A stretch of 63,047 bases of DNA, filler included, from Collodictyon triciliatum (taxonomy: Eukaryota), in NCBI GenBank assembly GCA_043381765.1. It is 8 parts of 8 records of this genome, joined end to end, with 100 filler letters (N's around TTAATTAATTAA, not from the genome) between each part and the next. Parts side by side here need not be neighbours in the genome. Positions count along the whole stretch, not along the records: positions 1 to 9,209 come from JBHJMP010003117.1; positions 9,310 to 18,511 come from JBHJMP010003118.1; 6 more parts are not named here. One strand, given 5' to 3'. The notes beneath the pieces were generated by a model. It had not been told where the DNA came from. It saw only the letters and a list, made by a program, of their open reading frames with translations, and ran no database searches. The number at the start of each line of letters is the position of its first letter. Position 1 is the first letter of the stretch. Position numbers and translations under genes: made by a program. Positions 1-18,611 of the stretch are shown in pieces.

Positions 1-10
1 TTCTGTTTTG

Positions 11-110
11 TTTGTTGTTTGTTGTTTGTTGTTTGTTGTTTGTTGTTTGTTGTTTGTTGTTTGTTGTTTGTTGTTTGTTGTTTGTTGTTTGTTGTTTGTT
101 GTTTGTTGTT
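11..110. repeat. (TTGTTTG)n microsatellite
   Basis: Direct tandem repeat at the start of the window. Confidence 0.95.
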
Positions 111-181
111 TTGACTCATTACATCTATCAGTTTGATTGGAATGTAATTTTATGAAAAACTTCCAAATCAACCATGATTAG

Positions 182-2628
182 AACAAGTTCACTATACTAC
201 TATACGACCCAGCACCCATACGCTATGAGTGCTAATGTGAAGGAAACGGATTATTTCCAGCATTGGATAAATAAAGATCTAGGTTCAAAGTATGTGGTTT
301 GAGCATTATTGGGGATATCTATATACTCTGTAACTTTTTTCTTTTTCTTTTTCTTTTTCTTTTTCTTTTTCTTTTTCTTTTTCTTTTTCTTTTTCTTTTT
401 CTTTTTTTCTTATATTTTGCTGTTTGCTAGCTACTATGCGTCTCTATTTCCTGTCATACGACACCCACAAATGATTACAGGAGAAGCAACTTCGAAGTAT
501 GGACATGAGCTCCATGTATGTATTGACAATTTCTATCTACATATTTTACTGAAATTATTCGATTTTATGTATGTAAAAGATTAGTGAAAAAAAAATATTG
601 AATGTTAAATTTGCTTCTATGTGATTGCGTCGATAAAATGTCTTTCGGTATGCGTAGACGGTTACGAATATGTGAGTACTTTCTTACTTTCTTACTTTCT
701 TACCTTCTTACCTTCTTACCTTCTTACCTTCTTACCTTCTTACCTTCTTACCTTCTTACCTTCTTACCTTCTTACCTTCTTACCTTCTTACCTTCTTACC
801 CTCTTATTCTCTTTTTATTTCTCCTTTTTCTTTCCTTTGACGAATTGCTATCATTCTTCTTCTTTGAATATCTCTTCTTGCTAGGATAAAGATGTTGCCC
901 CATGTAAAGCTGATAGCGATGCTTCGAGACCCCACTGAGCAAATATATTCGAATCACTTGATGATTAACGACGTTATTATCGAACAAGGAAGTTTGTTTT
1001 TACTGTCCGTATGAAAGCCAGGGGCTCAAACTTTTATCAATTCCTGACAAGAAAATGAACCCTAAAATCTTTTTTTTTTTCGCACTTTTTTTTTACCAAT
1101 AGTAGAAATCAAAATAATGATATGAGTCGTTTCATGAATCACTTACATTACACATGTCGCACAGAGAAAGGAATTGGCCCTTTTGAATCTTCTATGTCAA
1201 ACAACAAGCAATACAATTCATGTATTAACCGTTTGGGGTGCAGGTATATCAACACTGAAAAAAATGGAATCATTACTATGAAGACAAAAGTATTGAACTT
1301 AAACTGGACATCTTAAATTCACAAGCAGTGAAGAAATGAAACATGAAAGGGATCAAAAGAATATAATTGAATCCAATTTGATTTACTTGTTTGAGAATGN
1401 NNNNNNNNNNNNNNNNNNNNNNNNNNNNNNNNNNNNNNNNNNNNNNNNNNNNNNNNNNNNNNNNNNNNNNNNNNNNNNNNNNNNNNNNNNNNNNNNNNNN
1501 NNNNNNNNNNNNNNNNNNNNNNNNNNNNNNNNNNNNNNNNNNNNNNNNNNNNNNNNNNNNNNNNNNNNNNNNNNNNNNNNNNNNNNNNNNNNNNNNNNNN
1601 NNNNNNNNNNNNNNNNNNNNNNNNNNNNNNNNNNNNNNNNNNNNNNNNNNNNNNNNNNNNNNNNNNNNNNNNNNNNNNNNNNNNNNNNNNNNNNNNNNNN
1701 NNNNNNNNNNNNNNNNNNNNNNNNNNNNNNNNNNNNNNNNNNNNNNNNNNNNNNNNNNNNNNNNNNNNNNNNNNNNNNNNNNNNNNNNNNNNNNNNNNNN
1801 NNNNNNNNNNNNNNNNNNNNNAAGACCTCGAGCAGGACTCCAAAGCCGTTATGGAGAAGGTAGGGTCAAATCTGAACCTGAAGCCGCAGCTGCCACCGTC
1901 ACTAGCCAGAAAACGGCTGCCTTTGTCATCCCGCTTCGTGCCGCAACAACAACAAAACAAAACAAAACAAAACAAAAAAAAGGAAAAAGGGAAAAAGGAA
2001 AAGGGAAAAGGGAAAAGGGAAAAGGGAAAAGGGAAAAGGGAAAAGGGAAAAAGGAAAAGGAATAGGAAAAAAAGAAAAAGATACCGCCGACTCACTTCTC
2101 ACATGCGCAGGTCCGCAGATACCTCGACCTCCCCGAGTACGACTTGTCGAGCATTCTCAAGTAAGCCCACCCTCCACATTCCTCCACACATACACACCCG
2201 CTATTCGGCGTGACTCCCACATCGACCCAACCGCCTGCCCAACCGCTGCAGAACCGTGGTCAACGTGCGCGGGGCAAAGCGGGGGATCTACTCGGTGGTC
2301 AACGCCACGATGTACGACGAAACACGGTATTGGCCTGTCCATCCCAAACACATTCCGCATTCCGCATTCCGCATTCCGCATTCCGCATTCCGCATTCCGC
2401 ATTCCGCATTCCGCATCCCGCCACTGACGACGCCCGACAAACGGCCGGCTTTGTGGCCCACCACGCAGCAAACTCGGAGACCCGTACAGCCTGGAGACGC
2501 GGCTGAAACTGGCGCGGTTCTACGAGCCGCACAACGGGCGTCTGGCGCGCTTGCTGGGCAGGGAGCGACTGCCGTGGCTGCGTCCGGCCGCCGTGCAGCA
2601 GCTGATCGACCGCCGCGCCGCCCCATAA
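182..2628 (+). CDS. PAPS-dependent sulfotransferase (heparan-sulfate sulfotransferase-like domain), multi-exon, 5' end outside window, one or more exons in the 1400-1821 N gap
   Basis: Phase-consistent GT-AG exons: TSSLYYYTTQHPYAMSANVKETDYF (5'PSB end and KE.xF), YYASLFP..MITGEATSKY, 14-nt microexon 658-671, IKMLPHVKLIAMLRDPTEQIYS (3'PB motif), DLEQDSKAVMEKVRRYLDL, and terminal LETRLKLARFYEPHNGRLARLLG..W; TAA at 2626-2628. Confidence 0.85.
697..800. repeat. (CCTTCTTA)n intronic microsatellite
   Basis: Direct tandem repeat. Confidence 0.95.
2351..2416. repeat. (CATTCCG)n intronic microsatellite
   Basis: Direct tandem repeat in the last sulfotransferase intron. Confidence 0.95.
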
Positions 2629-2811
2629 ACGCCGCGGGCGACCGGCCCGTGTGGGCGGACGAAGCGAGCAATTCGTGCGGCGAGATTCGCGTGGAGGGGG
2701 AGGGGGCGCTTTATGGCCGGTCTGCGGCGGTGCAGGGTCGCCATGGCGGCGGGAGGGGAGGGGAGGGGAGTGGGGGCAGGGGCAGGGGCAGGGGAGCAGG
2801 GAGGGAGGGAT

Positions 2812-3684
2812 TTACAGGAGGTCGCAGCCGCCCTTCTTCCTGTCCTGGCCGCTGCTGGGCGTGAGGACGACCTTGATGGCCTCGTCAAAGACCTTCTTGA
2901 GGTTGGTCTGCGTCAGGGCGGAGCACTCGATGTAGCGCGCAGCCCCGATCTCCTTGGCCAGCTGCCGGCCCTTCTCCTCCGTGATCGGCGCCATCTTCTT
3001 CTCGCGCAGCTTGTCGATGGTGTCCTTGTCCTCGCGCATGTCCAGCTTCGTGCCCACCAGGATGATCGGCGTCTTGGGCGCGTGGTGGCGCACCTCGGGC
3101 ACCCACTGGCGGTTGCAGAGGGGAGGAGGAGGAGGAGGAGGAGGAGATGAGTTGCCAGTAGGGTGGAAGGGGGAGGGGAGGGGCGTCACCTTGGCCTTGA
3201 CGTTCTCGTACGACGACGGGCTGATGAGCGAGAAGCAGATCAGGAAGACGTCGGTCTGCGGGTAGGACAGGGGGCGCAGGCGGTCGTAGTCTTCCTGGCC
3301 TGCAGGGGGTGCGGAGTAGGGCGTGAGGAGTCGGGCTCTGATTATGATTGTGGTTCTGATTGTGGTTGTGATTGTGATTGTGATCAAGGGGAGGGGCAGA
3401 CCGGCGGTGTCCCAGAGGCCCAGGCTGATGGGTTTGCCGTCCACCATGACGTTGGCCGAGTAGTTGTCGAAGACGGTGGGGATGTACTCGCCGGGGAAGG
3501 CGTTGGTGGTGTAGGAGATGAGCAGGCAGGTCTTTCTGGAAGGGCGGGTGGGTGAGTCAGTGAGTGAGTGAGTGAGTGAGTGAGTGAGTGCGCGCGGGTT
3601 GGCGAAAGGAAAGGAAAGGAGGGGAGGGGGAGGCGCGTACCCGACGGCTCCGTCTCCGACAACGACGCACTTGATGTTCTGCAT
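2812..3684 (-). CDS. RAC: Rac-family small GTPase, 193 aa, 4 exons (introns 3536-3640, 3300-3401, 3106-3189)
   Basis: [59 protein letters not shown]-terminal CaaX (CDLL); all three introns are GT-AG. Confidence 0.97.
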   Translation of the reverse strand: MQNIKCVVVGDGAVGYAPPPPLLSFPFANPRALTHSLTHSLTDSPTRPSRKTCLLISYTTNAFPGEYIPTVFDNYSANVMVDGKPISLGLWDTAGLPLPLITITITTTIRTTIIIRARLLTPYSAPPAGQEDYDRLRPLSYPQTDVFLICFSLISPSSYENVKAKVTPLPSPFHPTGNSSPPPPPPPPLCNRQWVPEVRHHAPKTPIILVGTKLDMREDKDTIDKLREKKMAPITEEKGRQLAKEIGAARYIECSALTQTNLKKVFDEAIKVVLTPSSGQDRKKGGCDLL

Positions 3685-4202
3685 GGCTGGGCGGTGTGTT
3701 TGGTCTGGTGAGTGGATGAGTGGATGAGTGGGTGAGTGGGTGAGTGGGTGGGGCGATTAGTCGCGGCAGGGAGACGGTGGCACAGAGGTGGGTGTTTGGC
3801 GGCTCTGCAAGGAAGTCTTTGTCCAGAGACAAAAGGCTTGAGTGGCGGTCTGTGCTCTTAGGCCTGGGGGAGGGGAGGGGAGAAGGAGGGCGGGTGGCTT
3901 CATCTCTAGGGATGCTGGTTCTGCTGCCAGCTGGGCCTTGGAGTATCCTTTTCTCTTTCTTTTGGATCGCTTGGGTTGTTGGGGAGGGAGACCAGGCATG
4001 TCTGCTGAAGGGAAGGCAGGCGGGATTGTGTAGAGGTGGCAACGCGAGAGGGAGAAGAACGGAGGGGAAGGAGAGGCTGGAGAATGGATCCCTGCCCACA
4101 ACTCTGGAGGAGCACGACAGGGGGGGCAGAGTGATCCGCCAGTGAAAAAAAAAAAGGTTGGGTTGGGTGATGGGGTTTTGGCAGAGTTGATCGCGTATTG
4201 TT

Positions 4203-4271
4203 TGCTTGTGCTTGTGCTTGTGCTTGTGCTTGTGCTTGTGCTTGTGCTTGTGCTTGTGCTTGTGCTTGTGC
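4203..4271. repeat. (TGTGCT)n microsatellite upstream of Rac
   Basis: Direct tandem repeat. Confidence 0.95.
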
Positions 4272-5113
4272 GTGTGTATGATTTGTGTCTTTGGTGTGAC
4301 CTAGCTTCACCCTTGTTTTCGTTTTGTCTCTGCGCTTACAGGTTTTGTCGGCAAGTGTGTGTTCGTGTATGTGTGAGTTGCCTAGTGTCTGTGATCCGCT
4401 AGTGATCTTGTTGTCTGCCTGTCTGGCTGGCTGGCTCCTTGCAGAAATCAGATCCTTGCTCAATGATTTTGCCATTGGGAGCCGATACGGGGGCGAGAAA
4501 ATAGAGGAAAAATCCTGGAGGATTCAATGGAATTTCCCTGAAATATATTTTCCCACAGAACAGATGTAGCGCCGCAGAGAAGCCGTTGTAGTCCACCGTA
4601 GCAAAATATAGCTCCCTCAGATAGCTTTAGCTAAACGCATTTCGCTCTGTTCAATGTGTGGCTCACACCCATTTATGTATATTTTTGTCTCGGTTCTGTG
4701 TCCAAGCCACTGTCCACTGTGCTTGTTTCATTATATAATTATTAATACATATCTATGTGATACTTTTTAGTCTATAAATCCCAAATAATTAATTAATTAG
4801 GTAACAATAATGAAATATATATTAATTTCCAGATTATAATAATGTTTAAATATTCAAATATTCAAAAATCAGCTGTCGTCGCCATGTTTTCGCCGAAACA
4901 GGTCTGCACACCCCCCTAGCGCTGGGGTCGGTTCGCGGTGGTAGATCGGAGGTCAGACGAAAAAAAAGTTTAAAGTAACTAGGAAACTAAGCCGAGAAAG
5001 TAATCAACAGGCTCTGCCAATCCCCCTATTCTGCTATGTGGATTCTTAACAAAACATCTAAAGAAAACAAAGCCCACCAAGAGAAGCCGTAGCAGAGGCA
5101 GCACCAACACACA

Positions 5114-8100
5114 ATGGGAATTAAAGGACTCACAAAGCTGATTGAGGACGTGGCCAAAAGTGCCATGCGGGAGAAAACCCTGGAGTCTTACTTTGGCCGG
5201 AAGGTCGCCATCGACGCCTCCACAAGCATTTACCAGTTTATGGTTTGTGAGGCTGATTCCAGGAAATCGTTCATCACTCATTCCATAAAGATATCCTCAA
5301 AAACAAAAAACAAAAACAAAAAACAAAAAACAAAAAACAAAAAACAAAAAACAAAAAACAAAAAACAAAAAACAAAAAAACAAAAAACAAAAAACAAAAA
5401 ACAAAAAACAAAAAACAAAAAACAAAAAACAAAAAACAAAAAACAAAAAACAAAAAACAAAAAACAAAAAACAAAAAAACAAAAAATCAAAAAAAACCAA
5501 AACCAAAAAAAAAAAAAAACCAAAAACAAGAAACTCACTAGCAGTGAACTCATTACAACCAATTTTTCTCTTGGTTCAAATCACATCGAGTGAAACGTGG
5601 CCAGATTTACTTCCTCGATTGCGGTTATCTTATCTAGTTCAATCTATGTGGTTATCTGTAAACACTAGATCGCCGTTCGACAAGACGGAGCGATGCTTAC
5701 AACAGAGACTGGCGAAACAACCAGGTAATTCAGTTAAATATTACTCCCGAGTCAAACTTAGTGCAGTTTTTTTGGTAAAAAATCATATTCTTTCATCTAT
5801 CACCAAAATAACGTAAACCGTTTACCATGAAGCAAATAAAGGAATTTTATATCTACTCTCAATACGAATATTTTTTTTACTTTATTCGATTCAATACTCT
5901 CAATACGAAAATAATAGCAAAAACCAAGGAAGTCTTGTAAGAGCGGTGTTTTATAGCTTTACTTATTTTTTTCTTACCCTTAATAAAATATGAATTTTTT
6001 TTAAAATCGCAGTCACCTCAACGGCATGTTCTATCGCACAATTCGCTTGGTCGAAAATGGATTGAAGCCTGTTTTTGTATTTGATGGAAAGCCGCCAGAT
6101 TTGAAATCGGGAGAGGTAAAGTTATTCTTTCTGTTTGTTATCTCCGTTATGAATACCGCTTGAGATATATCCCTTTTCACAAAATCTATTATTCAATAAC
6201 TTATGCTATCCATTTTGAAGACAATTTCTCTTTCGCTTCTACATTCTTACCTTTATATGAATTTGTATGATAATAATCTATTTCATCCATCTTTATTTTT
6301 GGGTATCAATCAACTTTTGAAATGTACTTTTGTCTAATCTGCGTTATATTTACTAAATCAGAACCCACTTTTCGTTTTTTTTATTTTTTATTTGTACTAT
6401 GGTGTGGTATCCTGTAGTTAAGCAAGCGAGCTGAAAGAAGGCAAGAAGCCTTGGAGGAGTTAGAGAAGGCAACTGAAGCTGGTATACATGTCGCCTTAAC
6501 TTCAATTTTCTTCTTGTTTCCTTGGTAGTGAATCGGAAATATCATCACCTAGATTGTCCTTATTTTCTCATGAATAATATAAAATTCAAAACTGATATTT
6601 TCTTTATGAATGGAATCGGTTGAATAAGTTTGCGTTGCACTTGTTTTGATGATCGAGTAGGCTGAATGAAAGTGTTAGACTGACGCAACAGCCGTCTCTA
6701 CCATATCTGTTCTTGCCTTAATTTCTTCCTGTTTGCTTTTTCCCTTCAATTAATTAGGCGATTCTGAGCAACAAGACAAGTTCAGCCGCAGAACAGTCAA
6801 AGTTACAAAGGAGCACTCAGAAGAATGCAAGAAACTTTTGCGATTGATGGGAATTCCTACTGTTGATGTAAAATGATTACCTTATATGTATGAATAAATG
6901 GATTGGTATTGAGTGGTATGGATGCAATCGACCATAGGCTGCTGGGCTAGTTTATTTTGAAAATAATTGAGCACTGGTTGCTTCTATCGACATAATCTAC
7001 TTTCTCATGTGTAATCATTGTCTCATTTAGGCTCCCAGCGAAGCTGAAGCCCAGTGTGCAGAATTGTGTAAATCAGGCAAAGTGTTTGCAGTGGGGTCCG
7101 AAGACATGGATACCCTAACCTTTCAATCCCCGATTCTTCTTCGCAACCTGACTGTTTCCGAGGCCAAGAAGAAACCCATTCTCGAATTCGACTATAGAAC
7201 GTTGCTGACTGAAATGGGACTGACTCAAGAAGAGGTGGGATTGTGATGATATGATTTTTAATAGCTTGCTCGAGATTGTTGTTGGTACATGTTTCGTTCT
7301 CTAATCTTATAAATTTAGTTGTTTCTTTCTTAATCTTCTCCATCTTAACTCGCATGAGTTTTTTTTTTTAATTATATTCCAATCCAATTCACAATTATCA
7401 CATCCAATAACTCTGAATTATTTTAATATGTTCATCGGGGGCCATACATGCGATTTGGTTGTAGTTCATCGATTTGTGTAAGTTGCTGATTATCTTTGTC
7501 CGATTCGATAGCTTTTTTTTTGGCTGACAGCCTTTGATAACAATAGACGTTTATTATTATGTTTTTCTTTGTGCACTCGTAACTGAAATAGCCTTTATGA
7601 ATTGGTAAATCTACCACAGGCATTCTGTGCGGTTGCGACTATTGCGATACTATCAAAGGTTTATTATTGTTATTATTGTTATTATTATTATTATGAACAT
7701 AAATGTTCTTGCAAGTTTCATGTAGCCAAACAGCATGATTTTCTGTCTTTTTTTTTTTAACAAGTATATTTTCCTTCATTTTAACATAGGCGTTGGGCCT
7801 GTTACTGCCTTGAAGCTTATTAAGAAACACAAGACCATCGAAGAAGTCATTGCTAATCTCGATGGAGCCAAATATCAAGTAAACATAAGCCTGCTTGCTT
7901 GAGTCGAAATCAAATGACCAAGAATTTATGATGAACCAGGATACCACTTACCATTCAAAAGCATCATAGATGTTTCCATCTTCTCTATAAATTTGCAATA
8001 GACACCATTCTGACCATTTTTTACTACGATTAAATGGCTCTGGTTTCATCCAGTCTGTCCTGTTAAAAGAATGGAATGTTCCGTGCATCCTTTTCATTTT

Positions 8101-9102
8101 ATTTTACTAATCAATAGGTACCAGAGAATTTTATATATGAAGAGGTGCGCCATTTATTCCGCCAACCCGAGGTCACAAGTGGAGGAGAAATCGAGGTACG
8201 TTCTCCCCTTTTATTATAGTATGTAAAATTCAAAATCTTGCAAAAAATTAATACATTAGCGTATTCTTTTGCAAACGATGGTCAGCGAACCAAAGCCAAC
8301 GTTTTCCCACCGTCCCGCACAAAATTGAAAGGAATAATAATAATAATAAAAAACAACCAGTTGCGTACTCTTCGCAGCTGCAACTTGTTCGAGTTGCCCT
8401 ACAAGCCGATAGAGTTAGAATTTGCTATTTAACAAACTCATATGTTTTCTCTCTTTTCATTTCCAGTTGAAATGGAGCGAACCTGATGAAGAAGGCTTGG
8501 TCGAGTTCCTCGCCACAGAGAAAGGATTTAACCCCGAGCGCATCCGCAACGGAGTGAAGAGACTTAAAGTATTGTTTATCCACCCAAAGCAACCTCTTCT
8601 ATTTTATTGATTGCCCTTTTTTTTTTTAAATTTTTTTAATTTTTTTTTATCCTCTTACATGCGTCAAGGCTGCGTGGATGTTATAGAAAAGCCTCAACAT
8701 ATTTATATTTTATGTGTGGGGTACCTTTATCATCTATTTTGCTCTTCTTTTCATATTCGTTTGGGAAAATTAATGTGCATGTATGTGGAGTCTTTCGTTC
8801 TTTGCCATGAAATGGGCAACGTGGTTTCGATGCATAATGAAGCGAAATATCCTGTGGTTGTGAAAATGGGGTCAAGAAAGAATGAAAAAAAAACCCCTCA
8901 AACAAACCACCTTCCTGATTAGAGAGATTTCGCATATGGACGCAATGGAGAGTTGTTTTTTAAATATTTTTTTGTGCCTTTCTTATATCCTCCCTGTCTC
9001 TTTCCCTGTCTCTTTCCTTTGTTTCAAAAGGCTTCAAGGACAAAAGGGACACAAGAGCGACTCGAGTCCTTCTTCGGTGCACCCACACTAGTAAAGCGAA
9101 AG
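5114..9102 (+). CDS. FEN1: Flap endonuclease 1, 12 exons seen, last exon lost at contig end
   Basis: [69 protein letters not shown] (H3TH), and PIP box QERLESFF in exon 9031-9102. Confidence 0.97.
5298..5485. repeat. (CAAAAAA)n in FEN1 intron 1
   Basis: Direct tandem repeat. Confidence 0.95.
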
Positions 9103-9114
9103 GTACCAACATCA

Positions 9115-9209
9115 CTATGACTATGACTATGACTATGACTATGACTATGACTATGACTATGACTATGACTATGACTATGACTATGACTATGACTATGACT
9201 ATGACTATG
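9115..9209. repeat. (GACTAT)n at contig end
   Basis: Direct tandem repeat in a FEN1 intron. Confidence 0.95.
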
Positions 9210-9309
9210 NNNNNNNNNNNNNNNNNNNNNNNNNNNNNNNNNNNNNNNNNNNNTTAATTAATTAANNNNNNNNNNNNNNNNNNNNNNNNNNNNNNNNNNN
9301 NNNNNNNNN
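9210..9309. other. Artificial 100-nt contig spacer N44-TTAATTAATTAA-N44 (also 18512-18611, 27810-27909, 37108-37207, 46406-46505, 55702-55801, 59828-59927)
   Basis: Identical length and six-frame-stop core at all seven sites. Confidence 0.97.
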
Positions 9310-9334
9310 AAAAAAAAAAAAAAAAAAAAAAAAA

Positions 9335-9387
<53 letters not shown>

Positions 9388-10322
9388 AAAAGGAAAAAGG
9401 AAAAAGGAAAAGTGAAAAAAATGAAAAAAATGAAAAAATTAAAAAAAAAAAGGAAAAAGGAAAAAGAAAAAAGAAAAAAGGAATAAGAAAAAAAGAAAAA
9501 GAAAAGGAATAAAGAAAAGGAAAAGGAAAAGGAATAAGGAATAAGGAAAAAGAAAAAAAGAAAAAGAAAAGGAATAAAGGAAAATGGAAAGGAATAAAGG
9601 AAAATGGAAAAAAGTGAATGGTGAATGGGTATTGCTGATTGAGAGTGACCCGACTTGATCAACAAAAAAAAAGTAGCCCAACCAATATTTCAAGGAATTT
9701 TTCTGAGTTTATCTCCAAACAACGAAGAAAAGAAAAGAAAAGAAAAGCAGGGCATTAGGATGACGGATCAAAAACGAGGGGACAGAGGAGCCCAACCAAA
9801 CAGTCAGAAACTCGCGCCAGTGATAATGCCGAGTGCTTATGCTTTGGTTGCATCCTTGATATCGGTGCAACAAGTGAACCTCTCCAAAAGGCGTACGTGA
9901 TTCTGCTGACCAACAGTGCAACCAAACCTTACGAATGAAAGGCTTGCTCTTCTTTGATTGAGACGCTTCCACACGAGATATCAAAGCTTGAGTAAAACGG
10001 ACGAGACAACATGAAAAGGAATGATTCATCACTTCACCTATCGCACCTCCTTATTAAAGAATGAATAAACAAAACTTGAGGGAACTTAATTCATGAGCAG
10101 GACATTCACGAGTTACATTCGCTCTGTTTGCATGTTTGAAAAAAAAATCGGCAGATGAACTTGCATGACGGTCGACACAAAGGTGTGGGTGGTGGCAATC
10201 AGATAGACCAAAAGATCGAAACAACAACAACAAATGGACAAAGTAAAAATATACAAAGAATATATAAATAAAAGGATAAATTTTACAGGATTGGTAAACA
10301 GCCATAGAATACAAGGGAGATA

Positions 10323-11524
10323 TTATTTTTCATTTGGTGGTGCTGGTGTTGCTTGCGCAGATGCATTGGCTGATAAGGAGCTATTTTCCCCAGGGGCATT
10401 GCCATTATTTCCTGTTCGGATCCTCTTTGCTACAAATAAGTCACGAGCCTTTGCGTAGTCATACCTTGATTTCTTTGTTCGCTCGGCTATGGTCGGCTCC
10501 ACAATTACCACGCGTGGCTGTGATTCTGATGCATTGTCGGCTGGTTTGTAAAATAACAAGAATAGTAAATAAAAATAAAAGGAGATGAAGTGGCATACCT
10601 TCGATAAATCAATTCATTTGGTGTCGAATTAGGAAGATATATTATTCAAACTTACATCTCTGTGTCGATTCTTCTATTTCCTTGATTTGCTGCTCATGTA
10701 GATACTTCAACATATTCCTAAGGTGAAAAATACCGCGGATGGCGGATGAATGGGTAACCAGCATAAATGACGGAGATTTGTATATTTCTCCAAAGATGCA
10801 GTAGAAGAAATTCTCCACTGGAGGCTCCGACCGGCCGTGCTGAGTAACGCCATATTGAATAATATGGAATATGTGCTCTTCATCCCGACATGCATCATAA
10901 AAAACCTTGTTACGCTTTTCATATCTCCTGGATATTCCAATATACATATGTAAGAATTTTTTTGGTATCATTCCTGTGATTATTCACGAGATGGAGCAGT
11001 TTGTGTATTTAATTTTTCCAGTTCATAGTAGATGTATTGCTATGTGCAGTGAATTTGCATGGGGTATTGATTTTGTTATTACTGGATATCTCTGATAGAT
11101 ATTGGTTTCATCTCGTACTCCTCATTCAGACTACCTTTTATGTAGAATTCAGACTCTGCAAAAAATGACAGTATCTGCATACCATTTGTTTAAGTGAGTA
11201 TACGTCTGCTCCCAAATATAAATCATGTGCTCGTATTATTATGTGAATATTTGTTGATGAGCGCGCGGTAATTTGCATTTGCTTTTTTGTTTCTTTATTT
11301 CTTTGTTTCTTTATTTCTTTGTTTCTTTATTTCTTTGTTTCTTTATTTCTTTATTTCTTTGTTTGTTTGCTTCTTTGTTCTTCGATAAAATTAAGATGGC
11401 CATATCTTTTTATTACGTTTTCTGCGGTGAGTGCAGCCGGGTCGAATCGGGCTCCTGTGCGTCCCACGTGATCGGGAATACTGAATCTCTTTTGGAGGTC
11501 GCTGTCCGGCCTGTACGAGTCCAT
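10323..11524 (-). CDS. MED6: Mediator subunit 6-like, divergent, 4 exons
   Basis: Spliced product LTAENILSFFAESEFYIKGSLNEEYEM...FFYCIFGEIYKSPSF...RGIFHLRNML resembles the MED6 motifs (vLdYF..spFY...cnNE..kM; YYii.G.IYqaP). All three intron phases (0, 2, 1) join in frame. Confidence 0.7.
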
Positions 11525-11772
11525 CCCTGCGTGCGTCCTTTTACAGAGTTCTTGTGTCAGCACAGAAGCCGATCGACTCCTTTGTATTTCGTGCTGGAAA
11601 GGTAACACAAAAACGAAAGAAAAAGAAAAAGAAAAAGAAAAAGAAAAGAAAATAGAAAATAGAAAACGAAAAAAGAAAAGAAAGAAAAAGAAAAAAGAAA
11701 AAGAAAAAGAAAAAAAGAAAGAGAAAGTCGTCAAAAACAAAATTGTTCGGATGAGTGTGTGGATTAATAGTT

Positions 11773-17902
<6,130 letters not shown>

Positions 17903-18416
17903 CCTGGCGGATCTGCGTGTCAGTTTGCTTAGTGCTTTGTTATGTTTGGAGAAACCTCTCTTGTGCAACGCAGCAGTGTAACTCACACGCGATTTTCTTT
18001 CAGCGCGATCGTGCGCCTTCGGTTTGGGGCTTGAAAGCGGTCGGTCGCTTTTGATCCGCTTGTGCATAATTGTGGAATATATAATAAATACTCATTATTT
18101 CCACTATATTGTATTTTTGAATCATATTGTATCCAAAAAAAATACATATGTAAGTGAAAATATTATGTCAAGACGATTTGATTCATAGTGCTCGCTGGTT
18201 TGCACGTTCTTTCTCTGCATCCCGCAACAATTTCTGATGCTTTCATTGAATCATCCACACCAAGCAAACAAATCCCTTTGGCAAGCCGGATCGTGACAAT
18301 CATGCATAACCTTCCACCACGAAACTGCGCCTGTGGCAGGCATGCAAGGATAACGCGCGGATGAACGCATAGGACTCAAACGAACACGATAACAAACACA
18401 AAAAAACACAAAAAAA

Positions 18417-18511
18417 GACATAAAAAAAGACATAAAAAAAGACATAAAAAAAGACATAAAAAAAGACATAAAAAAAGACATAAAAAAAGACATAAAAAAA
18501 GACATAAAAAA
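18417..18511. repeat. (GACATAAAAAAA)n at contig end
   Basis: Direct 12-nt tandem repeat. Confidence 0.95.
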
Positions 18512-18611
18512 NNNNNNNNNNNNNNNNNNNNNNNNNNNNNNNNNNNNNNNNNNNNTTAATTAATTAANNNNNNNNNNNNNNNNNNNNNNNNNNNNNNNNN
18601 NNNNNNNNNNN

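Noticed and set aside
2299-2532. Telomere-like reading of the (CATTCCG)n and (CCTTCTTA)n repeats
   Set aside because: Short, internal and intronic, among many different microsatellites.
9254-9265. TTAATTAATTAA palindromes recurring about every 9.3 kb
   Set aside because: Artificial spacer embedded in Ns, not biological periodicity.
9700-10230. Possible small gene or C/D snoRNA (TGATAA about 9821 ... CTGA about 9906)
   Set aside because: No recognisable protein in any frame, imperfect C box and no identifiable guide.
18160-18400. Possible terminal exon on minus strand (..SWWKVMHDCHDPACQRDLFAWCG*)
   Set aside because: Frame is ambiguous and any upstream exons are lost at the contig end.
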